A stretch of DNA of 64,000 bases from an uncultured Acidobacteriota bacterium (GCA_963809485.1 CAWEJX010000006.1:1-64000), one strand, 5' to 3'; shown: positions 11,288 through 22,091, counted from the stretch's first letter. Numbers and translations: made by a program. The notes: generated from the letters alone by a model not told the origin.

Positions 11288-12778
11288 CTATTTGTTCAGA
11301 TTAAAGTTCATCGTCACTCTGGCCTGACTGGGCACGTTGGCGCCGTTGATGGTGGCAGGCCTGTAGCGCCACTTTAACGCTGCGTTGACGGCCGGATAGT
11401 GAAATATGTTGGGGCCGCTCACCGGGGTAGCTTTGACCACCCGACCTTTTTCGTCTATTTGAAGTTCAAGGACGACGGTGCCTGAGGTGCGCATTCTGAC
11501 CGCTGCTTCGGGAAAAGACGGGCTTGCCTGTGAAATCGGGACTGCGGGAACCAATGCCCTTGCCTGGGAGGGAAGTGCAGGCAGAGGCTGGGGTATCGGC
11601 TTCAGGGCTTCGGCTCTTGCCGGAGCCGGGCCCGGGTTAAGCGCCGGAGGGGTGTCAACCGAACCGGATGGAAGCAGACCGGCAGCGGTTGCCGGTGACT
11701 GGTTCCTCTCAATGGATGGGGATGGTTCCGACGCAGCAGCCTGGGGCGGCATTGGATAGGCGGCCGGCCTATCCAGAGCTGCTCTTTCTCCCATTACCGA
11801 GCCCGCCTCGGCCGAATTGCCGTTGAAAGATGGTGCCGGTGGATTCGCTTTGGCATTGTTTGCAGTTTGCTGAGGTAACGGCGTTTGCACTTCCTTCACA
11901 GGAGCAGCGGACCGCTCTGCGGCAGGAGCTGTTGTGCCGGCCTCGATGGAATTTTTGGATGGAGGCGTTTTTTGCGGCTTTGCAGGCTTTTGGGCCGTTT
12001 GTACGGGCGCCGGTGCGGCATTGTTTAAGTCGGTAGCCGCTACAGGAGCCGGATTGTCCGGCGGCAAAGCAGAATTTTTTGAAGCGCTGCTTGATAAGCT
12101 CGAGTAATAATAGGCTGCGCCTCCCGCAAGCATCAGCAGAACGACCGCCGCAACTGCGGCAAGCGGCACCTTCCTTTTGGGCACGAGAGCCGGCGTGAAT
12201 ACACTTTCCCTTTTCCGGATTGACGGGTGAGGTTTGTTGTCGGTCGTCTCCGGGGAGAGACCAGCCGAAGGCCGGTCCTGGCCTGTATCATGGGGTGTCA
12301 GAGGAGGAGCCGAGAGTTCATCAGGAAGCGGCAGGGAATCACCGCCGATCTGTTCGGTTGCGGCCGGCGGCGGCTCTGCGCCCTGGCTATCCCAGATGTC
12401 CGATTCGGTCAGACTCTGGCTGAGCCCGCGGTTGAGGTTCACCAGCAGGTTGCTATCCGCCGGCAAGGCGTCTTCCGTATCCGGCATCATGCCCGTTATC
12501 AAGGACTGCCTGTCCTCGGATAATTCTGCCTGTCCCGGCTGATGCTCGTCCGATTCGGTCATCACCTGCTTCAGCAGGTCCGAAACAAGCGCATCCAATT
12601 CCGCCGACTGGTCATTGGGGCCCCGGGCGGGTTGGACGGCTGCTATTTCCTTGTTCAGGAAGTCCAGGACGGTTGCTTCATAATTGTCTTCCGGGGACTC
12701 CAATCCAGTTCTCTGCTTATCCCTGCTGCTCATGGCTCCGCTCCAGGCCCTCCGATTTTTCCGGCATTCGGTATCCAT
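11288..12778 (-). CDS. TonB family energy transducer with long N-terminal cytoplasmic region (start possibly ~12733)
   Basis: Single TM, Pro/Ala-rich linker, C-terminal PSFPEAA...GTVVLELQIDEKGRV...WRYRPA TonB_C domain. Confidence 0.85.
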   Translation of the reverse strand: MDTECRKNRRAWSGAMSSRDKQRTGLESPEDNYEATVLDFLNKEIAAVQPARGPNDQSAELDALVSDLLKQVMTESDEHQPGQAELSEDRQSLITGMMPDTEDALPADSNLLVNLNRGLSQSLTESDIWDSQGAEPPPAATEQIGGDSLPLPDELSAPPLTPHDTGQDRPSAGLSPETTDNKPHPSIRKRESVFTPALVPKRKVPLAAVAAVVLLMLAGGAAYYYSSLSSSASKNSALPPDNPAPVAATDLNNAAPAPVQTAQKPAKPQKTPPSKNSIEAGTTAPAAERSAAPVKEVQTPLPQQTANNAKANPPAPSFNGNSAEAGSVMGERAALDRPAAYPMPPQAAASEPSPSIERNQSPATAAGLLPSGSVDTPPALNPGPAPARAEALKPIPQPLPALPSQARALVPAVPISQASPSFPEAAVRMRTSGTVVLELQIDEKGRVVKATPVSGPNIFHYPAVNAALKWRYRPATINGANVPSQARVTMNFNLNK

Positions 12779-12970
12779 AATGCCGCTGTTCTTAGTTATT
12801 CATCGGCCGAGAACCGTCAGACTTCACATCGGATTGATGGGCAATTCAGCCCTCCGGACAGGACACAAATACCATAAAGCCCAAATGCAGCCACCAATTA
12901 CGCGGCGCGGCCGGGTAACCGCAAGCCAATGGAGGTGAATTTGCAGGTCGGCCCTAGGCGTGCGGTTCAA

Positions 12971-13188
12971 TAATTAAATTGGTAAAACCCCGGCTCTGCC
13001 GGGGGACTCAAAGAGTTTGACAGCTCCGTATTTTGAAACGCTGATAAAAGCGCTGACAAACGCCGATTTGTTCGGCGAGGGTCGGCTTTTGCCCGCGTAA
13101 GTCAGCGTTCAAGCCCGGCATATCTCCTCCAACCGCTTTGAGCGGTTCAAATCTTTCAAGCCTCAGGCTTTGCCGGAGGTGCCTGACT
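12971..13188 (+). mobile_element. Non-autonomous IS200/IS605-type element (MITE/PATE), copy 1
   Basis: Left hairpin CCCCGGC-TCT-GCCGGGG; right AACCGCTTTGAGCGGTT and CCTC(C/A)GGC-TTT-GCCGGAGG-TGAC; similar copies elsewhere in window. Confidence 0.8.
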
Positions 13189-13415
13189 TTGCCGAAATAA
13201 TCCCAAACCGGGTGTTTGCATCCCGAATTCAATATATTCAGGCCATTTGCGGCTTGTTGTTTCAGGTTTGCCGGCGAATTACCTGCTTGCCGGGAGCCGA
13301 CCGATGGGGATATAAGTATTCATAATCACATTGGTGGCGTTTCAAGCAGCGTGTGCCGTGATGATGCGGATGCAAGCTCTTTGCCGTCCAGCAACCTGGA
13401 CATAGGACGAGCGCT

Positions 13416-14843
13416 ATGGATGTTGTGACGCTTTCGCGCATACAGTTTGCCCTGACCATAATGTTTCACTATCTTTTCCCTCCGCTGGCGATAGGAGTCG
13501 GGGCATTTCTCGTTTTTCTCGAAGCCCGGTATCTCAAGACCAGGGACCCTCAGTATGAGATTGCGGCGAAATTCTGGACGAAGATTTTTGCGCTCAACTT
13601 TGCTCTGGGCGTGGCCTCGGGCATTGTCATGGAATTCCAGTTCGGGACGAATTGGGCCACATATTCCAGGTATGTGGGGGATATTTTTGGGTCCGTGCTG
13701 GCGGCCGAGGGCATCTTCGCATTTTTCCTCGAGTCAGGCTTCCTGGCGCTCCTTGTGTTCGGGTGGGACAAAATATCGGCCCGGATGCATTTCTTCGCCA
13801 CCCTGATGGTTTTTCTGGGATCGGTATTCTCGGCGATCTGGATTATTGTTGCAATTTCCTGGCAGCAGACGCCGGCTGGATTTGTCATCCGGGACGTTTC
13901 CACTCCTGCGGGGATCGCAAAGCGGGCGGAGCTGACCGATTTCTGGAGCGTGGTTTTCAATCCCTCCGCAATGGACCGCCTTGTGCACGTTCTGATCGGG
14001 GCCTTTATTCTCGGCACTTTCTTTGTACTGAGTATATCCGCCTATTACCTGATCCGGCAGAAGCACGTCGAAATTGCCCGCAAATCGTTCACGACCGCTT
14101 TGGTTGTAGCTGCAATTTCGTCCCTTGCCATGCTTGTTTCGGGAGATTCGAGCGCGAAGACGGTCGGGCGCTATCAGCCGGCCAAGCTTGCCGCCATGGA
14201 AGGTTTGTTTCACTCGTCCGAAGGCGGCGCTCCCATGCAGATTTTCGGCATACCCGACACTGCATCCAAGACCGTGCGCTACAACCTCGAAATTCCAGGG
14301 ATGCTCAGCTTTCTGGTTCACCGCGACGCCACAAAACCGGTGCCCGGTCTCGACCAGTTTGAACCGGATATCCCTCCGGTCGCGCTTCCGTTTTTTTCGT
14401 TCCACGTCATGGTCGGCCTGGGAACCTACTTCATTGCATTGACGCTTTATGCTCTCTGGCGTCTTAGAAGAGGAACCTTGTTTCAGGCGAAATGGCTCCT
14501 CTGGGTTTTCGTTTTTTCAGTGATCGGGCCGTTTGCGGCCAATCAGCTCGGCTGGGTCGCCGCCGAAGTGGGGCGTCAGCCCTGGATCGTCTACAACCAG
14601 CTCCGGACCAGCGAGGCAGTGTCCGGAAATCTTGTCGCCTCTCAAGTGACGGGTTCGATCGCAATGTTCGGCGTTATATATCTTTTGCTGTTTGCAGTCT
14701 GGATTTATCTGTTGAACGAGAAAATCCAGAAGGGACCGGAAGCTGTTTCGCTGCCGGGGAAAGCATCCGTTAAAGACGCTTTGGATGTCGCCTCCCGATA
14801 CCCGGGACACCTGGATTCTCTGACCGAGGAAAAGGACAAATAA
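13416..14843 (+). CDS. cydA: Cytochrome bd ubiquinol oxidase subunit I
   Basis: RIQFALTIMFHYLF, EFQFGTNW, QPAKLAAMEG, GWVAAEVGRQPW. Confidence 0.97.
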   Translation: MDVVTLSRIQFALTIMFHYLFPPLAIGVGAFLVFLEARYLKTRDPQYEIAAKFWTKIFALNFALGVASGIVMEFQFGTNWATYSRYVGDIFGSVLAAEGIFAFFLESGFLALLVFGWDKISARMHFFATLMVFLGSVFSAIWIIVAISWQQTPAGFVIRDVSTPAGIAKRAELTDFWSVVFNPSAMDRLVHVLIGAFILGTFFVLSISAYYLIRQKHVEIARKSFTTALVVAAISSLAMLVSGDSSAKTVGRYQPAKLAAMEGLFHSSEGGAPMQIFGIPDTASKTVRYNLEIPGMLSFLVHRDATKPVPGLDQFEPDIPPVALPFFSFHVMVGLGTYFIALTLYALWRLRRGTLFQAKWLLWVFVFSVIGPFAANQLGWVAAEVGRQPWIVYNQLRTSEAVSGNLVASQVTGSIAMFGVIYLLLFAVWIYLLNEKIQKGPEAVSLPGKASVKDALDVASRYPGHLDSLTEEKDK

Positions 14844-14949
14844 AAGGAAACCCCCGCCCTGATTCCGGGAAATCAATCCGGGAGGGAACCGGCGGGCATT
14901 CACTCGCAATGCCGTCCGGAGGGCAACCCAAAAACGGAGGAGTCGATTT

Positions 14950-15966
14950 GTGGATCTAAACCATTTGTGGTTTGTTCTGCTGGGAGTTCTTCTTGCCGGA
15001 TACGCAATCCTGGATGGATTTGACCTGGGAGTCGGCATCCTTCATCTGACGGGTCGTAACGATAAGGAGCGCCGGCTCACGCTCAATTCCATCGGCCCGC
15101 TGTGGGACGGCAACGAAGTATGGCTGGTCACCTTCGGCGGCGCCATGTTCGCGGCGTTTCCCAATGCTTACGCCACGGTTTTTTCGGGATTCTACGCCGC
15201 GTTCATGCTGCTCCTGTTTGCGCTCATCTTCCGGGCGGTTTCGATCGAGTTCCGGAGCAAGCGCAGTTCGGCCGCATGGAGGCGATTCTGGGATTGTTCC
15301 TTTTTCGGGGCCAGTCTGCTGGCGACATTCCTTTTTGGCGTAGCCGCAGGAAACATACTGCTCGGCATCCCGGTGGACAGCCGCGGATCTTTTGTGGGCG
15401 GATTTTTCAATCTTGTGCGGCCGTACCCGGTTCTCGTTGGACTGCTGACGGTTTCCTTTGCCGTAATGCATGGCGCCATCTACCTGTATCTGAAAACCGA
15501 AGAGGACCTGCAGCAGAGGGTGCACCGCTGGATGTGGCGCGGCTTCGGCCTGACCCTGGTATGCTACATGCTCGCGACCATTTTCACGCTTGCCGTCATC
15601 CCGGATGCCACACGGAATTTCCACGATTATCCGTGGTCATGGGGTATGGTCCTATTTACGGTCCTGGCCTTTGCCAACATACCCCGCTCGATCTTCCTGG
15701 GCCGCCCGTTGCAGGCCTTCATTTCTTCCTCGTGCACCATCCTGGCGCTGGTATTTCTGTTCAGTCTTACCCTGTATCCGAACCTGGTTGTTTCGAGTTT
15801 GTCGTCCGGTTACAGCCTGACGATCTATAACGCGGCTTCGTCGGAAAAAACATTGGGCATCATGGCCATTATCGCCATGATCGGCATGCCGTTTGTGCTG
15901 GGCTATACGATAGCCATCTATTGGGCGTTCCGGGGCAAGGTGAGGATTTCGGAACACAGCTATTAA
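14950..15966 (+). CDS. cydB: Cytochrome bd ubiquinol oxidase subunit II
   Basis: LDGFDLGVG, GPLWDGNEVWL; follows cydA. Confidence 0.97.
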   Translation: MDLNHLWFVLLGVLLAGYAILDGFDLGVGILHLTGRNDKERRLTLNSIGPLWDGNEVWLVTFGGAMFAAFPNAYATVFSGFYAAFMLLLFALIFRAVSIEFRSKRSSAAWRRFWDCSFFGASLLATFLFGVAAGNILLGIPVDSRGSFVGGFFNLVRPYPVLVGLLTVSFAVMHGAIYLYLKTEEDLQQRVHRWMWRGFGLTLVCYMLATIFTLAVIPDATRNFHDYPWSWGMVLFTVLAFANIPRSIFLGRPLQAFISSSCTILALVFLFSLTLYPNLVVSSLSSGYSLTIYNAASSEKTLGIMAIIAMIGMPFVLGYTIAIYWAFRGKVRISEHSY

Positions 15967-16261
15967 AAGAGTTCCAGGGTGCAGGTTCGGGAGTTAGGCG
16001 CTTACTCGGATAATTGCATATCTGAATAGCTAAAGAAATTCAGTTTCCAGCTCAGAGTTCCCAGTTAAAACTCTGATAAAAAGTGATATCTGGACTGACA
16101 AAACTCCAATTCCCGCTTCGGGATGGGGTCGGACCACGATAAAAGTATGACAGACCTGAAGATCGGTCTTGTCGGGTGGCTGATAGATCGGAGAAGCGCG
16201 TTTTTTGCCTTTGGTTGCCCGGCAGCGGCTGCGTTCGATCATCTGGGCCTATCCAACCGAG

Positions 16262-16607
16262 CTATCTCAGATTGACATCCTGCCGATTCCAAAGCTCATC
16301 GATAAGAGATGGCCTGAGGGTGCTGCCTATTTTGCTGATCCTCTGCGCCAGCGCCTCCCCTTCGACCAGCTCAAGCACGATGAAACGTTTCCCCTCGGCC
16401 TGTTCAAGTCCGTATATGGCGGCGATGTTGGGATGAGTGAGCGATGCGCGAAGTTTGGACTCACGCTCGAAACGGGCTATTCGTCCGGGATCGCCTGCAA
16501 AAACATCAGGCAGAAACTTGAGAGCGACCGTGCGGTTCAGATTGAGATCATCGGCCGCGTAACCTTCGCCCATGCCGCATTCGCCTGGTTTCTCGGCAAT
16601 TTCGTAA
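16262..16607 (-). pseudogene. Ser/Thr protein kinase N-lobe remnant
   Basis: YEIAEKPGECGMGEGY (degenerate Gly loop), VALKFL, RFERESK, HPNIAAIYGLE; no HRD/DFG. Confidence 0.8.
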
Positions 16608-17357
16608 CTATTTTATCGGCCGGAGAATTGCCCGGCACGGCCCTGCGTCGCCGTGGTACATAAGAAGCGGCAGGCAGAGCAGCTCATAGTCACCCGGCGG
16701 CACGTTTGCCATCGCGCAGTCCTCCAGAATGTAAATCCCGGCCGAAAGCAAAGCCCGGTGCACATGGGCGATGCTATTTCCGTCTTTGGCGTTGCCGACC
16801 GTCAGGTCATCCAGTCCGACCAGAATGACCCCTTTTTGCGCCAGGTAGTCGGCAGCAGGATTGTCAATATACACATAATCCTCAACCCATTTGGGAGATT
16901 CATAGGTCCGGGGCGAGTTGCGTGTCTTGAACAGCAATCTCTCGCCTTTCTTGATGTTGTATTTCTCGAGCTCCGCCACTCTAATCTTCTCCGGGTCTTT
17001 GATCTCGATAACCCGCGCGGGGCCGATCGTGGCGTCCAGCGGCATGTCCGATATCGTGGAGCCGTCGGCAATGAAATGTAAAGGGGCGTCAATGTGGGTG
17101 CCGGTGTGAGTGATGATCTCCATGAATGACAATGTGACGCCGCCGCCGAGTGCCCGGTCCGTTAAACGATAAATTTTCGGAGCTACCGGGTCGACGGGAT
17201 TGTAGATCATCCCCTGTTTGATGGGCACGGTGATGTCGTACCAGCCCTGAGGAGCTTTGACGCCGATATTGGTTTGACTCTTTTGGGCTTGTCCGAGCAG
17301 CATCGCACAGCCCAATAACAGAACAAGCAGGACAAAAATTACCGAAGTCTTCTTCAT
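16608..17357 (-). CDS. Cyclase family metal-dependent hydrolase (KynB-like) with signal peptide
   Basis: HTGTHIDAPLHF motif, DAGPCRA C-terminus; hydrophobic N-terminal leader. Confidence 0.88.
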   Translation of the reverse strand: MKKTSVIFVLLVLLLGCAMLLGQAQKSQTNIGVKAPQGWYDITVPIKQGMIYNPVDPVAPKIYRLTDRALGGGVTLSFMEIITHTGTHIDAPLHFIADGSTISDMPLDATIGPARVIEIKDPEKIRVAELEKYNIKKGERLLFKTRNSPRTYESPKWVEDYVYIDNPAADYLAQKGVILVGLDDLTVGNAKDGNSIAHVHRALLSAGIYILEDCAMANVPPGDYELLCLPLLMYHGDAGPCRAILRPIK

Positions 17358-17734
17358 AGGTCATCTCCCGGATTGAAATTTGCCAGCGTCCGATTCTAAC
17401 ATGGAGATGCTTTGCAGCGTTCATAATCGAGGATTTCACTTGAAGGTGCGGAGCTAGGTATGCGATGCCAGGCACAAATCCGGCAAATTTCGGTAGCCTC
17501 CCGGAAATTCCCAAAGATTCCGCGAACCCCCGGGAAATTCCGGAATAACAAAACCAAACAGAACGGAACCGCGGCGGGTGGATCTTCCGATCGTTAGGGA
17601 ATCTTCCGTATCGCTTTCCAATACTGCAGCGTAAATTTGCGGCGGTCTGATCTCTTCCTCCGATAGCCGTGTCAAAACACGTTTGTGTGCTATCGTGGAG
17701 GTATCATCAAGAGGTCCGGCGGGCCTGCCGTCGC

Positions 17735-17970
17735 TAATTACATTGGTAAACCCCCGGCTCTGCCGGGTGACTCAAAGAGTTTGACAGCTCCGTATTTTGA
17801 AACGCTGAGACTTAAAAGCGCTGACAAACGCCGATTTGTCCGGCGATGGTCGGAAGCGCCTCATCGGTTTTTGCCCGCGTAAGTCAGCGTTCAAGACCGG
17901 CGTAACCCCTACAACCGCTTTGAGCGGTTCGAATCTTTCAAGCCTCCGGCTTTGCCGGAGGTACCCGACT
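17735..17970 (+). mobile_element. IS200/IS605-type MITE, copy 2
   Basis: Same ends and core as copy 1. Confidence 0.8.
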
Positions 17971-18137
17971 CCCTTCAAAAAGCGCCGGGAATTCAGTAGA
18001 GGCCTGCGTGAATTCTGCCCCCCGCCACACAATTCGGATGTAGAATTAGGATCAATGCCATTGGCGGGCTCTAAAGCCGCAGATTCCGGCCATAACCAAA
18101 GCCCCGATATTCGGAACGGAATCGCAGAGTTAGGGGA

Positions 18138-19100
18138 TTGAACTTAAACGACTCACGGGCAGGAACGACGTTGTCTCGCCGAATGCCTTTTCTGGTCCTT
18201 TGTCTGATCTTCTCGGTATGGTACCCGATATCCGCACCACATCTGCCTGGCCAGGCCTTTCAGGAGACAGCAGCTGTCAAAAGTGTGCACACCGTTGTCG
18301 ACATGACTCCCGATGAATTACTTGCCTATTATCCAGCAGAGATCAGAGGCCTGGAATTTGGCCCAGACCAGGAGGAACTTGGATCTCTTCTCGGAAAAAT
18401 GGGGGAAAGGGTGGAGGCATTCTTCCGGAATTTCGCCAATACTTCATCGAAAGAGCAGGTGCTCCTGGAAAGGCTTCGATCCGATGGGTCTCGGGACGCC
18501 TCCAGCAAGCATGAATACAACTACCTGATCTTAGTGCATCCCGAGAAGACGGGAATCGAGCTCCAGGAAGACAGAGTCGACGACAGGGGGCGCCCGATCA
18601 GTCAGAAAAGAACATCAGGTTTCATGGCAAGCTCGGGTTTTGCAGGCCTTTCCATCTTGCTTCACCCCAGACATCATTATGGTTCCCGTTTTCGATACCT
18701 GGGAACGCAGTTAACGGATCCGCCCGCCAAGGTCATCGCTTTTGCTCAGAAGATGGAAGTTGGGGATTATTTGGCGGGCATTAGCGATCCTGAGTTTGGT
18801 ATGATTCCCTTGCTTTTACAGGGAATCGCCTGGGTGGATCCCGATACCTATCAAATTGTGCGCATCCGAACCGACCTCCTGATGCCCGAGACTCGAATTG
18901 CCTTGATGAAGCAGACTACAGACGTCCGATTTGTCGAAGTTCGCTTCGACAAGATCCCGGAGCCGTTCTGGTTGCCTGGCGAGGTCACAGTCACCTGGGC
19001 AATAAAAGGAACGACCTACCGAAGCCGGCACATCTATTCCGACTACAAGCTGTTCACGATTGAAAGTTATGACAAAATCGAGTTGCCGATGCCGAAATAG
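18138..19100 (+). CDS. Secreted hypothetical protein, beta-rich
   Basis: Signal-like N-terminus; QGIAWVDPDTYQIVRIRTDL and FWLPGEVTV segments; ATG near 18183 is an alternative start. Confidence 0.7.
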   Translation: MNLNDSRAGTTLSRRMPFLVLCLIFSVWYPISAPHLPGQAFQETAAVKSVHTVVDMTPDELLAYYPAEIRGLEFGPDQEELGSLLGKMGERVEAFFRNFANTSSKEQVLLERLRSDGSRDASSKHEYNYLILVHPEKTGIELQEDRVDDRGRPISQKRTSGFMASSGFAGLSILLHPRHHYGSRFRYLGTQLTDPPAKVIAFAQKMEVGDYLAGISDPEFGMIPLLLQGIAWVDPDTYQIVRIRTDLLMPETRIALMKQTTDVRFVEVRFDKIPEPFWLPGEVTVTWAIKGTTYRSRHIYSDYKLFTIESYDKIELPMPK

Positions 19101-19159
19101 AGATTTGCCTGCGGACAGGCCCTTTATCCATGACTTCTTTGTTTTTCTGCAAGATATAT

Positions 19160-19316
19160 CAGGGCGATCAAATTCGACCAGAAGCTCCACATCGCTTCCA
19201 GATCCAGCCTCATCCCGCGAAACCGAGCCAAAAAGGGCCAACCATTTGACACCGAATTCCCGAACCAATTCCGGCTTATGGTCGGGCAGAGTGCGTATGG
19301 CTTGTTCTCGATTCAT
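19160..19316 (-). pseudogene. Minimal nucleotidyltransferase (MNT antitoxin-like) N-terminal remnant
   Basis: FGVKWLALFGSVSRDEAGSGSDVELLVEF (GS...DxD degenerated to DVE); similarity lost afterwards; no HEPN partner. Confidence 0.7.
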
Positions 19317-19522
19317 GGTTGAATTCTAATAGGAGACCTTAGCAGATTGAACCTCGTGCATTTTGACAACTGATCGGCTATCCGCCCCTAGCTTTACATT
19401 GTATACTGGAAGGAAAATGCACGATACAGCCTATGCGACAAAGCGCCGCCTTATGACAGCAACGTCCTGTGGCGAGATATGGATTTTTGATAAGCTTTTG
19501 CCTAATTGCAAAGGAAAGGGAT

Positions 19523-19996
19523 ATGAAACGATCTGTCGTTACGATTCTTTTTATCTCGGCAGCATTGGCCGCGGTCGCTATGGCTGCGGAGCCTTGGGTC
19601 GGGACATGGAAGCTAAACCCAGCCAAGTCTAAAGCTCCGGGAGGTCAGCTGCCCCACCCAAGCGCCACAAATATAATTGAAATCGAGGGTGACACGATGC
19701 ACATGATCGTGCACCAGACTGATACGGCCGGGAATCTGCAGCAGATGGAGTACACTGCGACACTCGATGGCAAGGAATACCCCGTCAAAGTATCACCACC
19801 CGGGCCCAAACCATATACGGTCTCGTTTAAGCGAATCAATCCGCGTACCAGGGAATATGTCTTAAATATGGGGGGCATGGTAATCAAAGGCCAGGATGTT
19901 TTGTCTGAGGATGGCAAGACCTTTAGCCGGATAATAGCTGGAAAGGACGCTGAGGGCAACGACGCCAGTGTGATTCAGGTTTTCGAGAAGCAATAG
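19523..19996 (+). CDS. Secreted hypothetical protein, lipocalin-like beta-barrel
   Basis: Signal peptide ending AMA; GTWKLNPAKS and LSEDGKT patterns. Confidence 0.75.
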   Translation: MKRSVVTILFISAALAAVAMAAEPWVGTWKLNPAKSKAPGGQLPHPSATNIIEIEGDTMHMIVHQTDTAGNLQQMEYTATLDGKEYPVKVSPPGPKPYTVSFKRINPRTREYVLNMGGMVIKGQDVLSEDGKTFSRIIAGKDAEGNDASVIQVFEKQ

Positions 19997-20229
19997 AGTT
20001 GCTAAGGATAAGTAGCGTTGGCTGCCGATTTGGGCGTAATCCTGGCTTGGGCTCTCTTCCCTTCAGCTTCTGATAAGCGTCTTGAAGCATATTTGAATCA
20101 AGGAACAATCATGGTGCCTGAGATTGGTGTGCCTTATACTTTTTTGTGAAGCGGCAACGGTCCCCAGTGTCTCCCCTGACTCAAAACCTCCATACAGCCC
20201 AATTGGCAAATGTGTTTTGACTCAATAAG

Positions 20230-20400
20230 TCGCGCCGGTTCAGCGCTGTGATGGATCTTGCCTCCTGAATAAACCTTTCACTGTTCGGCTGCTTGACCTT
20301 CCTGATCGCGACGATGCGGCCGAGGCGCGTGTCCCGCGCTTTCCAGACCTCTCGCTTCCCGATGCGTTTACACGTAATCCTGATCGGATGGCCCGCATCG
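20230..20400 (-). pseudogene. Ser/Thr protein kinase N-lobe remnant (boundaries approximate)
   Basis: EVWKARDTRLGRIVAI...SERFIQEARSITALN within ORF 20181..20495. Confidence 0.7.
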
Positions 20401-20720
20401 AGCGCGAGGCGAAGCTTCCGGGCTGATAGGCCGGATAAGCGCGTTTTTACCACTGCCCGCTTTCCTGCGCAAGAAAGCGAATACCGTTTGAACAAATATG
20501 CGATGGCTATCGGCTACCAGCTTTGAATCGTACGCCATACGAAAGCGCAATGTATACGGAAGTGTAAGCGCCCGTTGCCGGACAGAAATCTCCGGAAACA
20601 CGCGGTTCACAAGATGCGCCGCGGCGCAACAACTTTGGCATCGCGCACTCCCTTTCCCGAAATGAATGACAGGCTTGCACGATCGCGGCATATCGAATAG
20701 AATGTTTACTCTTTATCCGA

Positions 20721-20796
20721 GGCGCCGTACCCAAGTGGCTAAGGGGGAGGTCTGCAAAACCTTTATGCAACGGTTCGAGTCCGTTCGGCGCCTCCA
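20721..20796 (+). tRNA. tRNA-Cys(GCA)
   Basis: GGCGCCGTACCCAAGTGGCTAAGG; anticodon arm GAGGT CT GCA AA ACCTT; GGTTCGAGTCC...CCTCCA. Confidence 0.96.
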
Positions 20797-20978
20797 TCAG
20801 TTCCCCCGTCGCGGATGGCTGAAACTCCTCGCTTCCAGATAAATGTTGAACTGCAACGCCGGCGCATGTCGAGGAGCTGAATCTGACTGGTCTAACTATT
20901 GAGACCTGCAGGATTTGAGGTTGTTTCTTCAACCTCCGGGGTTCCAATCCCCGAAGAACACCCCGAGGTACTCTTTGT

Positions 20979-22082
20979 ATGGTCTGGCTATATTCCGGTT
21001 TTCTGGCGCTTGTTCTCCTGCTGCTGGCTTTGGACCTGGGAGTCTTTCACAGAAAGGCTCACGTGGTTTCGGTAAAAGAGGCTCTCGGCTGGTCCGCCTT
21101 CTGGATCTGTCTTGGGCTCATGTTCAGCGGCTTCATTTACCTGGGCTACGAAAACCATTGGCTCGGCCTCGGCCTAACCCCGGACATGATGGGTTCCGTC
21201 GCCACCAACATCCCGGGGGTGGGAGCGGTCTATAACGAGGGTTCCTCGGCCCTGATGAAGTACCTCACGGGCTACCTGGTTGAAAAATCTCTCTCCGTTG
21301 ACAACATATTTGTTATCAGCATGATTTTCTCATTCCTCGCGGTGCCTCCCATCTACCAGCACCGGGTGCTGTTCTGGGGCATCCTTGGGGCGCTCCTGAT
21401 GCGCGGCGTAATGATTGCGGTCGGCGCCGCGATGATCCAGCGTTTTTCGTGGATCATCTATGTTTTCGGGGCTTTTCTCATCATTACGGGCATCAAGATG
21501 CTGCTTTTGAAAAATCAGCATACGGATCCGCATTCGAATATCCTCGTGCGCCTGACGCGAAGGCTTTTCCCCATTACGCAGCGTTTTCACGGGCAGCACT
21601 TTTTCGTTCGCGCAGGATCCAAGGCATCCTCGGAAGCGCCGGCGCCGGGCATGGAGATACTCCGGGACGAAGTTGTTGATACGGCAACCCGTGGAGCGCT
21701 TTTGGCCACTCCGCTGTTTCTGGGCCTGGTCATGGTCGAATTCACAGACCTTATTTTTGCGGTTGATTCCATCCCTGCAATCTTTGCGATTACGTCGGAT
21801 CCCTTCCTGGTCTTTACCAGCAACGTATTTGCGCTCCTCGGCCTCAGGAGCCTGTATTTTGCTCTGGCCGGAATGATCGAGAAATTCCGCTACCTTAAAG
21901 TCTCGCTGGCTCTCGTCCTCGTGCTGGTAGGAATCAAGATGATGATCCACACGTGGCTGAAAGAGGTGCTGGGCGGCGGCTTCAATCTATTCGTGCTGGC
22001 GGCAGTCGTGCTGATCCTGGCCGGGGGCGTCGTGGCTTCGCTGGCGGCGGCCCGGAGGGATGTCCGCGCAGATGCCCCCTAA
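20979..22082 (+). CDS. TerC/Alx family membrane protein (putative Mn2+ export)
   Basis: EKSLSVDNIFV, QHRVLFWGILGA, DLIFAVDSIPA, SNVFALLGLRSLYF. Confidence 0.92.
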   Translation: MVWLYSGFLALVLLLLALDLGVFHRKAHVVSVKEALGWSAFWICLGLMFSGFIYLGYENHWLGLGLTPDMMGSVATNIPGVGAVYNEGSSALMKYLTGYLVEKSLSVDNIFVISMIFSFLAVPPIYQHRVLFWGILGALLMRGVMIAVGAAMIQRFSWIIYVFGAFLIITGIKMLLLKNQHTDPHSNILVRLTRRLFPITQRFHGQHFFVRAGSKASSEAPAPGMEILRDEVVDTATRGALLATPLFLGLVMVEFTDLIFAVDSIPAIFAITSDPFLVFTSNVFALLGLRSLYFALAGMIEKFRYLKVSLALVLVLVGIKMMIHTWLKEVLGGGFNLFVLAAVVLILAGGVVASLAAARRDVRADAP

Positions 22083-22091
22083 AATTCCGGC

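Noticed and set aside
17470-17550. Roughly 10-bp periodic AAATTCC(C)GG motifs upstream of the cyclase gene
   Set aside because: Too degenerate to define a unit or function.
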